Positions 20,901 through 30,371 of a stretch of 64,000 nucleotides of DNA are shown here, piece after piece. The stretch comes from an uncultured Clostridia bacterium (lineage in GTDB: Bacteria > Bacillota > Clostridia > Lachnospirales > Anaerotignaceae). The position numbers were made by a program, and so were the translations under genes. Positions within the stretch are counted from its first letter, which is position 1. Each line of letters starts with the position of its first letter. The stretch spans positions 40,361-104,360 of the forward strand of contig CALWSR010000002.1 of assembly GCA_944384265.1 (NCBI GenBank), in the 5' to 3' direction. The notes below the pieces were generated by a model, which made no database searches, was not told where the DNA came from, and worked only from the letters and a program-made list of their open reading frames with translations.

Positions 20901-22017
20901 ATGAGTAAAAAGATTGCCCCTATGACATCTGCGGCAACAGATAAAGGACAATCCCCAAAAGATAATGTTATTATAACAAGAAATTGTAAAGAAAGCAATC
21001 AGCAAACTACAAAAAAATTTGAAAAGGAGGTGTTGCATACGATTACAATGGAAGAATTATATGATATAGCTTTTCCTCCCAAAATGCCTATTGTTGAGGA
21101 AATGATTTATAATGGTACATATGTACATATCTTTTTGTTGGTGCTCCTAAAGTGGGAAAATCATTTTTTATGGAACAGTTAGGATATCATGTGAGTATGG
21201 GGATTCCTTTGTGGAATTACAAAGTAAATCAAGGCAGTGTGTTATATTTGGCATTAGAAGATGATTTTAGCAGATTGCAAAAACGATTGTCAAAAATGTT
21301 TGGTATGGAAAGTACAAATAAATTTTATTTTACGACTATGTCAAAGTCTTTAAACGAAGGTTTAGAAGAACAGCTTGCTCGCTTCCTGAAAGAATATACT
21401 GACACAAAGTTGATTATGATTGATACACTTCAAAAAATAAGAGAGGTTAGAGGGGATAGATATAGTTACTCTAGTGACTATGATATTGTCAACAAGTTGA
21501 AACAGTTTAGTGATAAACACAATGTTTGTATTTTGGTGGTACATCATACAAGAAAGCTGCAATCAGAAGATAGTTTTGAAATGATTTCAGGTACAAATGG
21601 ACTTTTGGGTGCTGCCGATGGAGCTTTCATTATGCAAAAGAAAAAACGTATAGACAATATTGCTATACTGGATATTGCAGGACGTGACCAACCAGACCAA
21701 AAATTGACACTTGAGTTTGATAGAGAACATTGTATTTGGAATTTTAAAAGGCAGAAACAGAATTGTGGAAAGAACCGCCCAATCCACTTTTGGAAGCTAT
21801 CAACGAATTATTGACAAAAGACAATGCAGAATGGCAAGACACAGCAACAGAATTGATTAAAAAATTACCAGATATGCAGCTTCAAGCCAATGTAATTACA
21901 CGAAAATTGAATATATTAAATAGTCGACTTCTTCAGGAATATGGTATTCAATACGAAAACAAACGTGGACATGAAAGAAAAATTTATTTAAAACATGTGA
22001 TAGATAAAAAAGATTAA
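20901..22017 (+). pseudogene. AAA_25 / RepA-like helicase ATPase, frameshifted
   Basis: Walker A GAPKVGKS split from the N-terminus by an 8-bp tandem duplication GTACATAT near 21115-21130. VLYLALED, IDTLQKIR, VVHHTRK, ISGTNGLLGAADG; second frameshift near 21760. Confidence 0.85.
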
Positions 22018-22107
22018 AAAGTACGTCGATATTTTACATAGTAGAGAGATATAAAAATATCGACGCAACTGACGCATAGCAATATAAAGTAAAAAGGAGA
22101 TGCGAGT

Positions 22108-22338
22108 ATGAAACAAGTACAGATTAGTGAAGAATTGTTTCTATCATTGATGAAATATCATGTTTTGGAATATGATAGTGATAAAGAAAAGATTATAAAG
22201 GGATTGCAACAAAAATTTGATAGTTTACTCAATCGAGAATTGTATACAAAATATAAGACTGCTCTATCAGAAGAAGAAAGGGAAAAGGCAAGACAAAAAT
22301 ATTTGAATAGAAAAGGAATACACTCCAGCTTTCGGTGA
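22108..22338 (+). CDS. Small conserved IME protein (type often labelled 'complexin-2')
   Basis: MKQVQISEELF..LYTKYKTALSEEEREKARQKYL..GI; position after the AAA ATPase matches related Clostridial elements as recalled. Confidence 0.6.
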   Translation: MKQVQISEELFLSLMKYHVLEYDSDKEKIIKGLQQKFDSLLNRELYTKYKTALSEEEREKARQKYLNRKGIHSSFR

Positions 22339-22365
22339 TAAAGAGGTTCCCTTTGATTACGAATG

Positions 22366-22389
22366 ACAGAAACGTGACACGGTTTCTGT
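22366..22389. other. Hairpin, possible oriT-region remnant
   Basis: ACAGAAAC-GTGACACG-GTTTCTGT inverted repeat at the point where a relaxase would normally follow; no relaxase ORF is present. Confidence 0.35.
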
Positions 22390-23659
22390 TTTCTCGTTGA
22401 TAATGGAAATGTTCTTTATCAAAACTATGAAATGTTAAAAATAGCATTTGGAAGTATTGTATGTACAATGCGTTTTAAGGGTAACTATAAAAGAGGTATG
22501 GAATACCAATAAAAGAAAAATAATATTCAGATGGGTTATATTTACAATGCTGTAGGGGAAAATAACAGGGGGTGGAAGGAAAATATATAGGTGGTTATGG
22601 CATTTTACAAGTAGTATTCTTTTTTACAAAATTTTGAGAGTTCAAGAAATATTTTTTTATTTTTTTATCAAATTTTTTACAGAAAACAATTTATTTTTGA
22701 TAGTAAAATTTATATAGTATGACACAAATGAACTTCCAAAAAAAGGAAATGTTACGCCGAAGGCGTTTTACAAATTTTGAAAAAATTTGTATTAAGGGTT
22801 TGGGATTTATCCCAACAAGCTGGAAAAGGATATCCCTTTCCCCTGCTTGCAATCATTGCAAAAATCTTATTGTATACAATTTTTATCATTTCCAATTATT
22901 TTTTAGTTTTATTGATTAAATTTCAAAAACATCCAAAAACTTATGTTTTTTTGAAAAAGTATAATAAAATAGGTGGTATACTTAAACAAATTTTTACAAG
23001 AAATAACAATAAAAACAATAAAAAAGGTGAGGTGTTATTATAAGTGATTATCAATAGGGACAAACAAAAGATTCTATTTATCTTAAAATATGAAATATAT
23101 TTAAGAAGTTTTTGAAATACAAATAAATACTTTCTTATTTAATTAATGGCAAAAATATTTGATAATATTTTTCTATTCGACAAAGATATGATATAATTAT
23201 TCATATAATATCGCTCAAAATCAGGAGGAATAACCAATGATTCGCATCTTTATCTATCATGCTCAGCAAAACCGTCTACAATTTTTACAAAAAGCAGTTA
23301 CGGTTTACTTTCAAAAGTATAAGCATACATACTGTTTGACCGTTTGTGACAAGTATGATGATGCTATGCAAATCTATATGGAATAGAAAAAATGACCACA
23401 TTTTTCTTCTTAATTTTAAGGAGTTTTCCAAAAGAATTCGGTCAATGAGCTGTTTACAAGAGTAGTTTCCCCAAGGTCTTTGGGTATACATAGATGGGTT
23501 GGCAGTACTGCTAGTGGGCGGTAGCAGCCGAATTCTTTTGTGCAGAATATGGTTTGAAAGATTACCAGGAAATCTACTTTCTATGCCGTTGATTTGAAAT
23601 TGGCAGTTGCCCAAGAAGCACTAATCTACTAAACAATTACATCAGAAAAAATGACGGAA

Positions 23660-24017
23660 ATAGAAGAATTTTCTGAACCAGAGGAATTGACAACAAAGGA
23701 GGAATGGGAAGAAGCAATATAGTATCATCACAAAGCCGCTGATTTAGGAGATGTTGCCGCCATGAATAATTTAGATGTATGCTATGAGTATGGTACTGGT
23801 ATAGTGCAGAACTATGAACTATGGGCAAGCAGTACAATGGTATCATAAAGTCGCTAATTGAGGAAATGCTAATGCTATGTTCCATTTAGGCTGGTGCTAT
23901 GAAAGTGGTCAAGGTGTATCTCACGACTATACGCAAGCCATTCAGTGGTATCGTAAAATCGCTGCATTAGGACATATTAAAGCTATGAATAGATTGATGT
24001 TATTAGGGAGGAATTAA
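23660..24017 (+). pseudogene. Degenerate Sel1-repeat gene
   Basis: AI*YHHKAADLGDVAAMNNLDVCYEYGTG, a frameshift, then QWYHKVAN*GNANAMFHLGWCYESGQGVSHDYTQAIQWYRK. Confidence 0.8.
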
Positions 24018-24019
24018 GT

Positions 24020-25561
24020 ATGAATAGAGAAAATAATAATGTTATGCTTCATTTAGATTTACAATGCGACAACTATAATGATATCGTACAAAACTATGCT
24101 AAAGCCGCTGAATCAGGAAATGTTGATGCTATGTTCCATTTAGGCGTGTTTTATGAGTTCGGTATTGGTATAAATCAGGACTATACGCAAGCGGTACAAT
24201 GGTATTGCAAAGCCGTTGATTTGGGAAATACGGCTGCTATGTATCGCTTAGGTTTGTGCTATGAGTATGGTCAAGGTGTAGCACAGGACTATAACCAAGC
24301 AATACAGTGGTATCGTAAAGCTACTGATTTGGGAAATACGGCTGCTATGTGTCGCTTAGGTTTGTGCTATGAGTATGGCCAAGGTGTAGCACAGGACTAT
24401 GACCAAGCGATACAGTGGTACTACAAAGCTGCTGATTTAGAAGATGTTGATGCCATGAACAATTTAGGCCTATGCTATGCTGACGGTCAAGGTGTAGAAC
24501 AAGATTATAGCCAAGCAGCACAGTGGTATCGCAAAGCCGCTGATTTGGGACAGGTTAACGCCATGAACAATTTAGGCGTATGCTATGCTGACGGTCGAGG
24601 TGTAGAACAAGATTATAGCCAAGCGGCACAGTGGTATCGCAAAGCCGCTGATTTGGGAAATGCTACTGCTATGCGTAATTTAGGCCTATGCTATGCTAAG
24701 GGTCAAGGTATAGGACAGGACTATAACCAAGCGATACAATGGTATCACAAAGCCGCTGATTTGGGAGATATTGATGCTATGAACAATTTAGGCGTGTGCT
24801 ATCATTATGGTCAAGGTGTAGCACAGGATTATAACCAAGCAGTACAATGGTATCGCAAAGCTGCTGATTTGGGACAGGTTAACGCCATGAACAATTTAGG
24901 CGAGAGTTATTATTATGGCCAAGGTGTAGCACAGGACTATAGTCAAACGGTACATTGGTGCAGCAAAGCTGCTGATTTGGGAGATGTTGATGCTATGTGC
25001 AATTTAGGCGTATGTTATGCTAAGGGTCAAGGTGTAGCACAGGACTATAATCAAGCGATACAATGGTATCGCAAAGCCGCTGATTTGGGAGATGCTACTG
25101 CCATATACTATTTAGGCATATGCTATGATAATGGTCGAGGTGTAGTACAAGACTATACACAAGCGGCACAGTGGTATCGCAAAGCCGCTGATTTGGGGCA
25201 TACTGATGCTATGTATAATTTAGGATCGTGTTATGATTGTGGTCAAGGTGTAGCACAGGACAATAGTCAAGCAGTACAATGGTATCGCAAAGCCGCTGAT
25301 TTGGGACAGGTTAACGCCATGAACAATTTAGGCGCATGCTATGCTGACGGTCAAGGTGTAGAACAAGATTATAGCCAAGCGGCACAGTGGTATCGCAAAG
25401 CCGCTGATTTGGGACAGATTGATGCTATGTACAATTTAGGTGAGTGCTATGAAAAGGGTCAAGGCGTAGCACAGGACAATAGCCAAGCGATACAATGGTA
25501 TCGCAAAGCTGCTGACTTGGGAAATGATGATGCTCAGGAGGCACTGGAGAGACTGTTGTGA
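24020..25561 (+). CDS. Sel1-like repeat (SLR/TPR) protein with 13 tandem 36-aa repeats plus capping helix
   Basis: Consensus AMxxLGxCYxxGQGVxQDYxQAxQWYRKAADLG repeated 13 times; GGGAGG RBS; no signal peptide seen. Confidence 0.95.
   Translation: MNRENNNVMLHLDLQCDNYNDIVQNYAKAAESGNVDAMFHLGVFYEFGIGINQDYTQAVQWYCKAVDLGNTAAMYRLGLCYEYGQGVAQDYNQAIQWYRKATDLGNTAAMCRLGLCYEYGQGVAQDYDQAIQWYYKAADLEDVDAMNNLGLCYADGQGVEQDYSQAAQWYRKAADLGQVNAMNNLGVCYADGRGVEQDYSQAAQWYRKAADLGNATAMRNLGLCYAKGQGIGQDYNQAIQWYHKAADLGDIDAMNNLGVCYHYGQGVAQDYNQAVQWYRKAADLGQVNAMNNLGESYYYGQGVAQDYSQTVHWCSKAADLGDVDAMCNLGVCYAKGQGVAQDYNQAIQWYRKAADLGDATAIYYLGICYDNGRGVVQDYTQAAQWYRKAADLGHTDAMYNLGSCYDCGQGVAQDNSQAVQWYRKAADLGQVNAMNNLGACYADGQGVEQDYSQAAQWYRKAADLGQIDAMYNLGECYEKGQGVAQDNSQAIQWYRKAADLGNDDAQEALERLL
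24118..25522 (+). repeat. 108-bp coding tandem repeat array (about 13 units)
   Basis: Near-identical DNA blocks such as CGCAAAGCCGCTGATTTGGG and GGTCAAGGTGTAGCACAGGACTAT recur at 108-bp period. Confidence 0.9.
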
Positions 25562-26222
25562 GTGTAATTTATAACATTTTAGTAATGGAAAATATATCAA
25601 CTTGGAAATAAGCAACAGTTGAAACTACTTTTGCCCAAGAAGTAAATTTTTCAAAGATGGAACAATCTTGATGTATTAAAAATACAAATATCACCGTGAT
25701 ATCATTTCAGTGAAGACAGATGTCTCTAGAATAATCATCCTTCAAAAAGATGGTTACATTACAACAACTGACTATTCCTATAAAAAAGTGAATGGCAAAA
25801 GACATTTCCTACAAGCTATTTTAACTCAAAAAGAAAGGATTTTTATGACAAACCGTTATGAAATAATGAAACTCGAGATCGTATTTATGGGCTGTTACGA
25901 TTGTGTGGTGTACTGGTGGAATAGATTCAAATCATACCACCGCCTACGTTGCTTCGTTTGGCTAAAATGAACCCACTTTTCTGAGTATCTATTTGTGCAA
26001 AATAAATTGTATTGTGTTATTATCAATGTAGTGTTATAAAAAGCAATGAAAAATATGTCTAATATGAAGAAATAGATGTTACTTACAATAATATTAGGGT
26101 TAAAAACTAATACAGATAAAAATTGTGTTTTATTTTTTTATTAAAGACTTATTGATGATTTATGATTTAAACATTACTATATACATATACTTGTTAATGT
26201 ATTATAGCTTGGAGAGAATGTT

Positions 26223-26492
26223 ATGAAAAAATGCATAGAGAATAAAAATCAAAGATCGAAAAAAATTATAGAGCAAGTACAAGCAATTAATAGAATGATT
26301 GAGGAAGATATTCCTTGTGAAGATATTTTGTTACAAATCAATGCAGCAAAATCCGCATTGTATAAAGCAGGATAAACAATTTTAGAAAGTTATTTTAAAT
26401 ATTGTATTTCTGAAGGTATGAAATATGGCAACATAGAAGAAACTATGAAGAGTTTTTCAAAAGCAATGGAACGATTTGCAAATATGAAATAG
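26223..26492 (+). pseudogene. CsoR/RcnR-family metal-sensing repressor pseudogene
   Basis: RSKKIIEQVQAINRMIEEDIPCEDILLQINAAKSALYKAG*TILE..YCI, one internal TAA; not in ORF track. Confidence 0.8.
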
Positions 26493-26817
26493 AAAAATAT
26501 ATAAAAATAATCAAGTGATAATACTTTATTGATAACAATTTGATAACACTATTTGGAATAGACCATAGATATAGTATAATAGGAAACAAAAGAAGTCAAA
26601 TAAAACCAAATCTCCCATACAAAACTGTATAGAACTGAATTTCAATTTGAGAGTGGGAATAAACTGAGAGGTCGTAAAAATCCAGTAGTTATGCGGGTTT
26701 GCAGCACTTGAAGAAGTCTTTTGATAACAGTTATATCAAAGTGATTATTATTATAGTCCACTGGCTTGTGGTTAAAAGGATGATAAGAAACGGTTTTTAG
26801 ATATGACAATCCATATT

Positions 26818-26863
26818 AAAACGCCCTTAGCTGTGGGTAATCACTCATAGCTAAGGGCGTTTT
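26818..26863 (-). terminator. Terminator after the TfoX-like gene
   Basis: AAAACGCCCTTAGCT...AGCTAAGGGCGTTTT inverted repeat. Confidence 0.75.
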
Positions 26864-26867
26864 GTCG

Positions 26868-27197
26868 TTAATTTTTGGAGGTGGGTTTCTTTTTTTTCGG
26901 TGCAGGAAGTTCATCGTACATAGAAAGAAACAGATTGCAGAGAAATTCTCTGTTGTCAACATCATCGACTAGGAGCATTTCTTTTGCACCCTCATAGGGC
27001 AATTCATAAGTAACTGTGGGCATAAGGGCGATTGCGGATAGAACAGGATTTACAAGCAAGCGGTTATCATAAATACCGCCTACAATCTCGTCACGGAAAT
27101 AGAGGATATATTCGCCCATCATTGCACGATAGGTAATTCCCTCTAAACCTGATAACTGTTCCAATACAAAGCTTAAATAATCTTTACTTGAAGCCAT
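26868..27197 (-). CDS. TfoX N-terminal domain protein
   Basis: MASSKDYLSFVLEQL..ITYRAMMGEYILYFRDEIVGGIYDNRLLV..PYEGAKEMLLVD. Start at 27197. Confidence 0.8.
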   Translation of the reverse strand: MASSKDYLSFVLEQLSGLEGITYRAMMGEYILYFRDEIVGGIYDNRLLVNPVLSAIALMPTVTYELPYEGAKEMLLVDDVDNREFLCNLFLSMYDELPAPKKKKPTSKN

Positions 27198-27198
27198 G

Positions 27199-27737
27199 CT
27201 ACACCTGCTTTCCATCATCTGTTTTGAGTTGGTCTTTGAATTGCTCCACCAAAGTGTCGCTCCATTTCTGTGATGGTACTTTCGCCCAAAGCTGTGTGGT
27301 GTCATACTTTGGATAGTGGCAACGCCATTGGTTATACTGTTCTCTGTTGATTTCGTCAGTAGATAGTTTATCCGCCTGCTCTTTCCAAGCATAGAACACT
27401 TTCAGTAACTGGGGAGCTTCCTTGCCTTTATCCTTGTTGATTTTCAGACAGACTTCACCGTCTGTTTCGCTGACAGTCAAACCGTAAATGTCCTCAAGGG
27501 TAAATAAGGTGTACATCAGTCCGATATAGCTGTCAATGTTGGGAACATCAAGAGCCTGCGTTTCAACATCAAGTACCTGTGCCAATGCAGCCGTTAGGTC
27601 TGCTTTTTGTTTGCGTGAGCCTGTTTCATACTGTGCCAACTACACATCAGCACTTTTCTCAGAAAAGCCGACAGCAGTGCCGAGATACTTCTGTGTCATT
27701 CCACGCATAAGTCTGAAAAACTCTCACCGATAGCCAT
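27199..27737 (-). pseudogene. XRE regulator pseudogene (paralogue of 18657-19115)
   Basis: MAIGE, then a deletion/frameshift, then FFRLMRGMTQKYLG..ADV*LAQYETG..PNIDSYIGLMYTLFTLEDIYGL. Confidence 0.85.
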
Positions 27738-27950
27738 AATATTTCACTCCTTGGGTATGTATCTGCAAATAATATAGCAGATATGTTTAAGAAAAACCAA
27801 TAGAAAACGAAACAAAAAAGTTTAATATTTTCTTGCAATCCACTTGGCAAAACAAATATGCTTAGTATAACGATGTAGAGTTAAGCAAATATACTTAAAT
27901 ATACAAAACTGAATCACTGTCTGAATGAGATATAACTTTGCGAAAACAGT

Positions 27951-28057
27951 CGGGGTCCCCGAAAAGTCGAATGACTTTTTGAGGAGAGAAGACGCAACGG
28001 AATGAGTGAACTTTTCGTGTTTATACGGAAATAAACGATATGAAGTTTGTGACGACG
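27951..28057 (+). ncRNA. Candidate structured RNA / repeated Clostridial motif between xre and xis
   Basis: GGGGTCCCC, AAAAGTC-gaat-GACTTTT and TTTCGTG-ttta-TACGGAA stems; resembles from memory a motif seen in gut Clostridiales; family not verified. Confidence 0.4.
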
Positions 28058-28143
28058 AGAGCAATGCAACGCCGCCGTAGAAGGGACAGGAACAACATTC
28101 AGGAAGAACGGCAATTTGAAAGCTTTATGAAAGGACTGACGAT

Positions 28144-28325
28144 ATGGAAAACAGATTTATCCGTGCTGATGATGTAGCAACAAAGTGTATCAAATCCCTA
28201 TGCCTATAAGCTCATCAGAAAACTGAACGAAGAATGAAAAACACAGGGTTTTATTACGATTGCAGGGCGTGTCAACCACCAGTATTTTTATGAAAGGCTT
28301 TACGGAGCAGGAAAGGAGATGAAGC
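28144..28325 (+). pseudogene. Excisionase-like pseudogene (paralogue of 19251-19439)
   Basis: MENRFIRADDVA..AYKLIRKLNEE*KTQGFITIAGRVNHQY, with a deletion and a stop. Confidence 0.75.
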
Positions 28326-28327
28326 AA

Positions 28328-28459
28328 ATGCCCGTATTCAAAAATGAGGACAACAGTACTTGGTATGTGATGGCGAGATATGTGAACTGGAAAGGCAAAC
28401 ACGAGAAGCATCTAAGTATTCTGGAATTTAAGCAGCAAGCGGCCCTGATGGTCTGCTGA
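28328..28459 (+). pseudogene. Integrase N-terminal stub (43 codons)
   Basis: MPVFKNEDNSTWYVMARYVNWKG closely matches the start of integrase 1, then diverges abruptly. Confidence 0.8.
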
Positions 28460-28559
28460 CCGAGGCGAGGGATAAAAGAAAATAGACTTGTTCATAATTT
28501 TATGTTATACTTTTCTCAAAGTAAAAGAAGGAAAAATGGAAATTTGTGAGGAAAAGTAA

Positions 28560-29012
28560 ATGAAAAGTTTTGACTATATCACATTGAGAGAAAGAGCAGA
28601 ATTAAAAAATTGTGCTGCGGAATGGTTTCATTCTAAATGGGGTGTGCCAGCGGAAGCCTATCTGGAATGTATGGAGGCTTATCTAAAAAAAGAAACAGAG
28701 TATGGTTGGTATCTCTGTATGGACGGTGACAATATTGTCGGCGGTATGGGCGTAATCGAAAATGACTTTCATAACAGGAAAGAGCTTACCCCAAATATCT
28801 GCGCAGTCTATACAGAAAAAGACTATCGCTGCAAGGGAATCGCAGGTCATCTGCTCAATATGGTGGTAGATGATATGAAATCCAAAGGCATCTCGCCTAT
28901 TTATCTGGTCACAGATCATTCCAACTTTTATGAGCGATACGGCTGGGAATTTCTATGTATGGTACAGGGCGATGGTGAATCCAATATGACCAGAATGTAT
29001 ATCCATCGATAA
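28560..29012 (+). CDS. GNAT family N-acetyltransferase
   Basis: ICAVYTEKDYRCKGIAGHLL acetyl-CoA motif, FYERYGWEF. Confidence 0.88.
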   Translation: MKSFDYITLRERAELKNCAAEWFHSKWGVPAEAYLECMEAYLKKETEYGWYLCMDGDNIVGGMGVIENDFHNRKELTPNICAVYTEKDYRCKGIAGHLLNMVVDDMKSKGISPIYLVTDHSNFYERYGWEFLCMVQGDGESNMTRMYIHR

Positions 29013-29036
29013 ATTTCCAAGGAGAGTAACCCCAGC

Positions 29037-29066
29037 CAGGGCGGTCAATGGCCATTGACCGCCCTG
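29037..29066. repeat. Perfect 30-bp palindrome
   Basis: CAGGGCGGTCAATGG|CCATTGACCGCCCTG. Confidence 0.9.
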
Positions 29067-29877
29067 CCCTTTCTGCGTTCGACGGGAGCTTCCCTCAATT
29101 TGATGAAAATTTTAATAATGGCCTGTTCATGGCTTTGAAGCCTTTTCAATTCCTCGATTTTTGTGATGTTATTTTGATATTAACTGCCCCAAATAATAGG
29201 CAAAATAATTAGCATATTTGAGAATGCTTTGCTTTTGAAATCACACTAAGTATACTCCCCTCCCCCATACCTGAATTTACGAAGCAATGTAAATGAAGCC
29301 AGTATTTATATGAGTTTCAAACAAATTTATTTAGCAACGGAAAACATTTTCTGAAATTACCCACATCATTATTTTACATTCATTAAACCGTACTGATTTT
29401 CAAAAGGAATTGGAATTCAGTACGGTTTTTTTATTTTCTTACGGATTCTTTTACAATTTTGTTATAAAAATATCATTGATTGCCTGCGATGGAGCTTTGA
29501 TACAACCATTGGAGATAGCAAGCGAATCCTCTCTCCTTTTCTCATACAGTTTTTTGTGATTTGGCATTGCTCCCGTTTTGCAGATTACTCTTGCTATGCT
29601 TAAACCACACCTGCAATAATGAAATATCAGGCTAGCAGATTTCCTCTTTGATAGCAGTAATTTTTAGACCATATAAGTCCTATACATCAAAAAAATATGC
29701 AAAAGCTCTGTATCGCTGTATTTATTTGGAACAGTAATGGCATTAGCACTGATTTTAAATATGTTATAGCTTCAATTTATCTATTGGCTTGAAAAAAAGT
29801 TTATATCAATTTTTTAAAATTAAGTTCTATATTGAATAAAAGAATATTATTTTTTTAAGCAAAACAATAAAATAGAA

Positions 29878-29919
29878 TTGACTTTTTAAACGATTTAAAA
29901 TATAATTAGTATACTAATT
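29878..29919 (+). promoter_or_regulatory. SigA promoter with overlapping palindromic operator (likely MarR autoregulation)
   Basis: TTGACT, 17 bp, TATAAT (29878-29906); perfect palindrome AATTAGTATACTAATT at 29904-29919. Confidence 0.75.
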
Positions 29920-29948
29920 GTTATAATACTAATAAATAAGGAGTCAAC

Positions 29949-30371
29949 ATGAACTTTACATTTCATTATCTGCTTATGGCCAACCACCTTATGCTGCAAA
30001 AACATTTTTTTCATCGTATTAAGGAATTAAAGCTAACGCTTGGGCAGCCAAAAGTATTGGATTATTTACAACAGAATAATGGAGCAATGCAAAAAGACAT
30101 TGCCAAAGGCTGCCATATTGAGCCTGCCTCTCTTTCCACCATTTTAAATGGTATGGAAAAGCATGGTCTTATTACAAGAAATATAGATAAACAAAATAGA
30201 AGAAATATCAATATTTTTATGACAGAGAAAGGAAAAGAAATTTACAAGCAGATTGAACAAGAATTTATAGCAATCGAAAAAAAGGCATTTTATAACTTTT
30301 CAGAGAAGGAGGTAAATCAATTAACAGAATATATGATAAGGCTTCATAACAATTTGGAGGAACCATTATGA
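29949..30371 (+). CDS. MarR-family transcriptional regulator
   Basis: LTLGQPKVLDYL..QKDIAKGCHIEPASLSTILNGMEKHGLITR..DKQNRR..TEKG. Confidence 0.92.
   Translation: MNFTFHYLLMANHLMLQKHFFHRIKELKLTLGQPKVLDYLQQNNGAMQKDIAKGCHIEPASLSTILNGMEKHGLITRNIDKQNRRNINIFMTEKGKEIYKQIEQEFIAIEKKAFYNFSEKEVNQLTEYMIRLHNNLEEPL

Larger units (their letters stand above)
18440..26662. mobile_element. Decayed integrative (mobilisable) element 1 inserted at the guaA 3' end
   Basis: Flanked by GAATGGGAATGA (18440-18451) and GAGTGGGAATAA (26651-26662). Paired TTGATAAC/T arm-like sites at 18509/18520 and 26529/26540. Contains xre, xis, int, mobC-like and AAA ATPase genes. Confidence 0.85.
26651..29100. mobile_element. Decayed integrative element 2, tandem with and paralogous to element 1 (right end not located)
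   Basis: Begins at the duplicated guaA end. Carries second copies of xre, xis and int as remnants; visibly GC-richer than the host genes. Confidence 0.72.

Noticed and set aside
22500-23230. Riboswitch or small gene in the long AT-rich spacer
   Set aside because: No recognisable aptamer consensus; the ORFs at 22719 and 22777 lack RBSs and family motifs.
24118-25522. CRISPR array or diversity-generating retroelement
   Set aside because: The repeats are in-frame 108-bp coding units with no spacers. There are no cas genes, no reverse transcriptase and no template/variable-region pair.
25710-25970. 86-aa ORF after the Sel1 gene
   Set aside because: No convincing RBS or motif; probably mosaic debris I could not assign.
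29300-29432. IS1182-like transposase tail with terminal hairpin
   Set aside because: Similarity covers only a few residues; only the hairpin (29386-29432) is clearly present.
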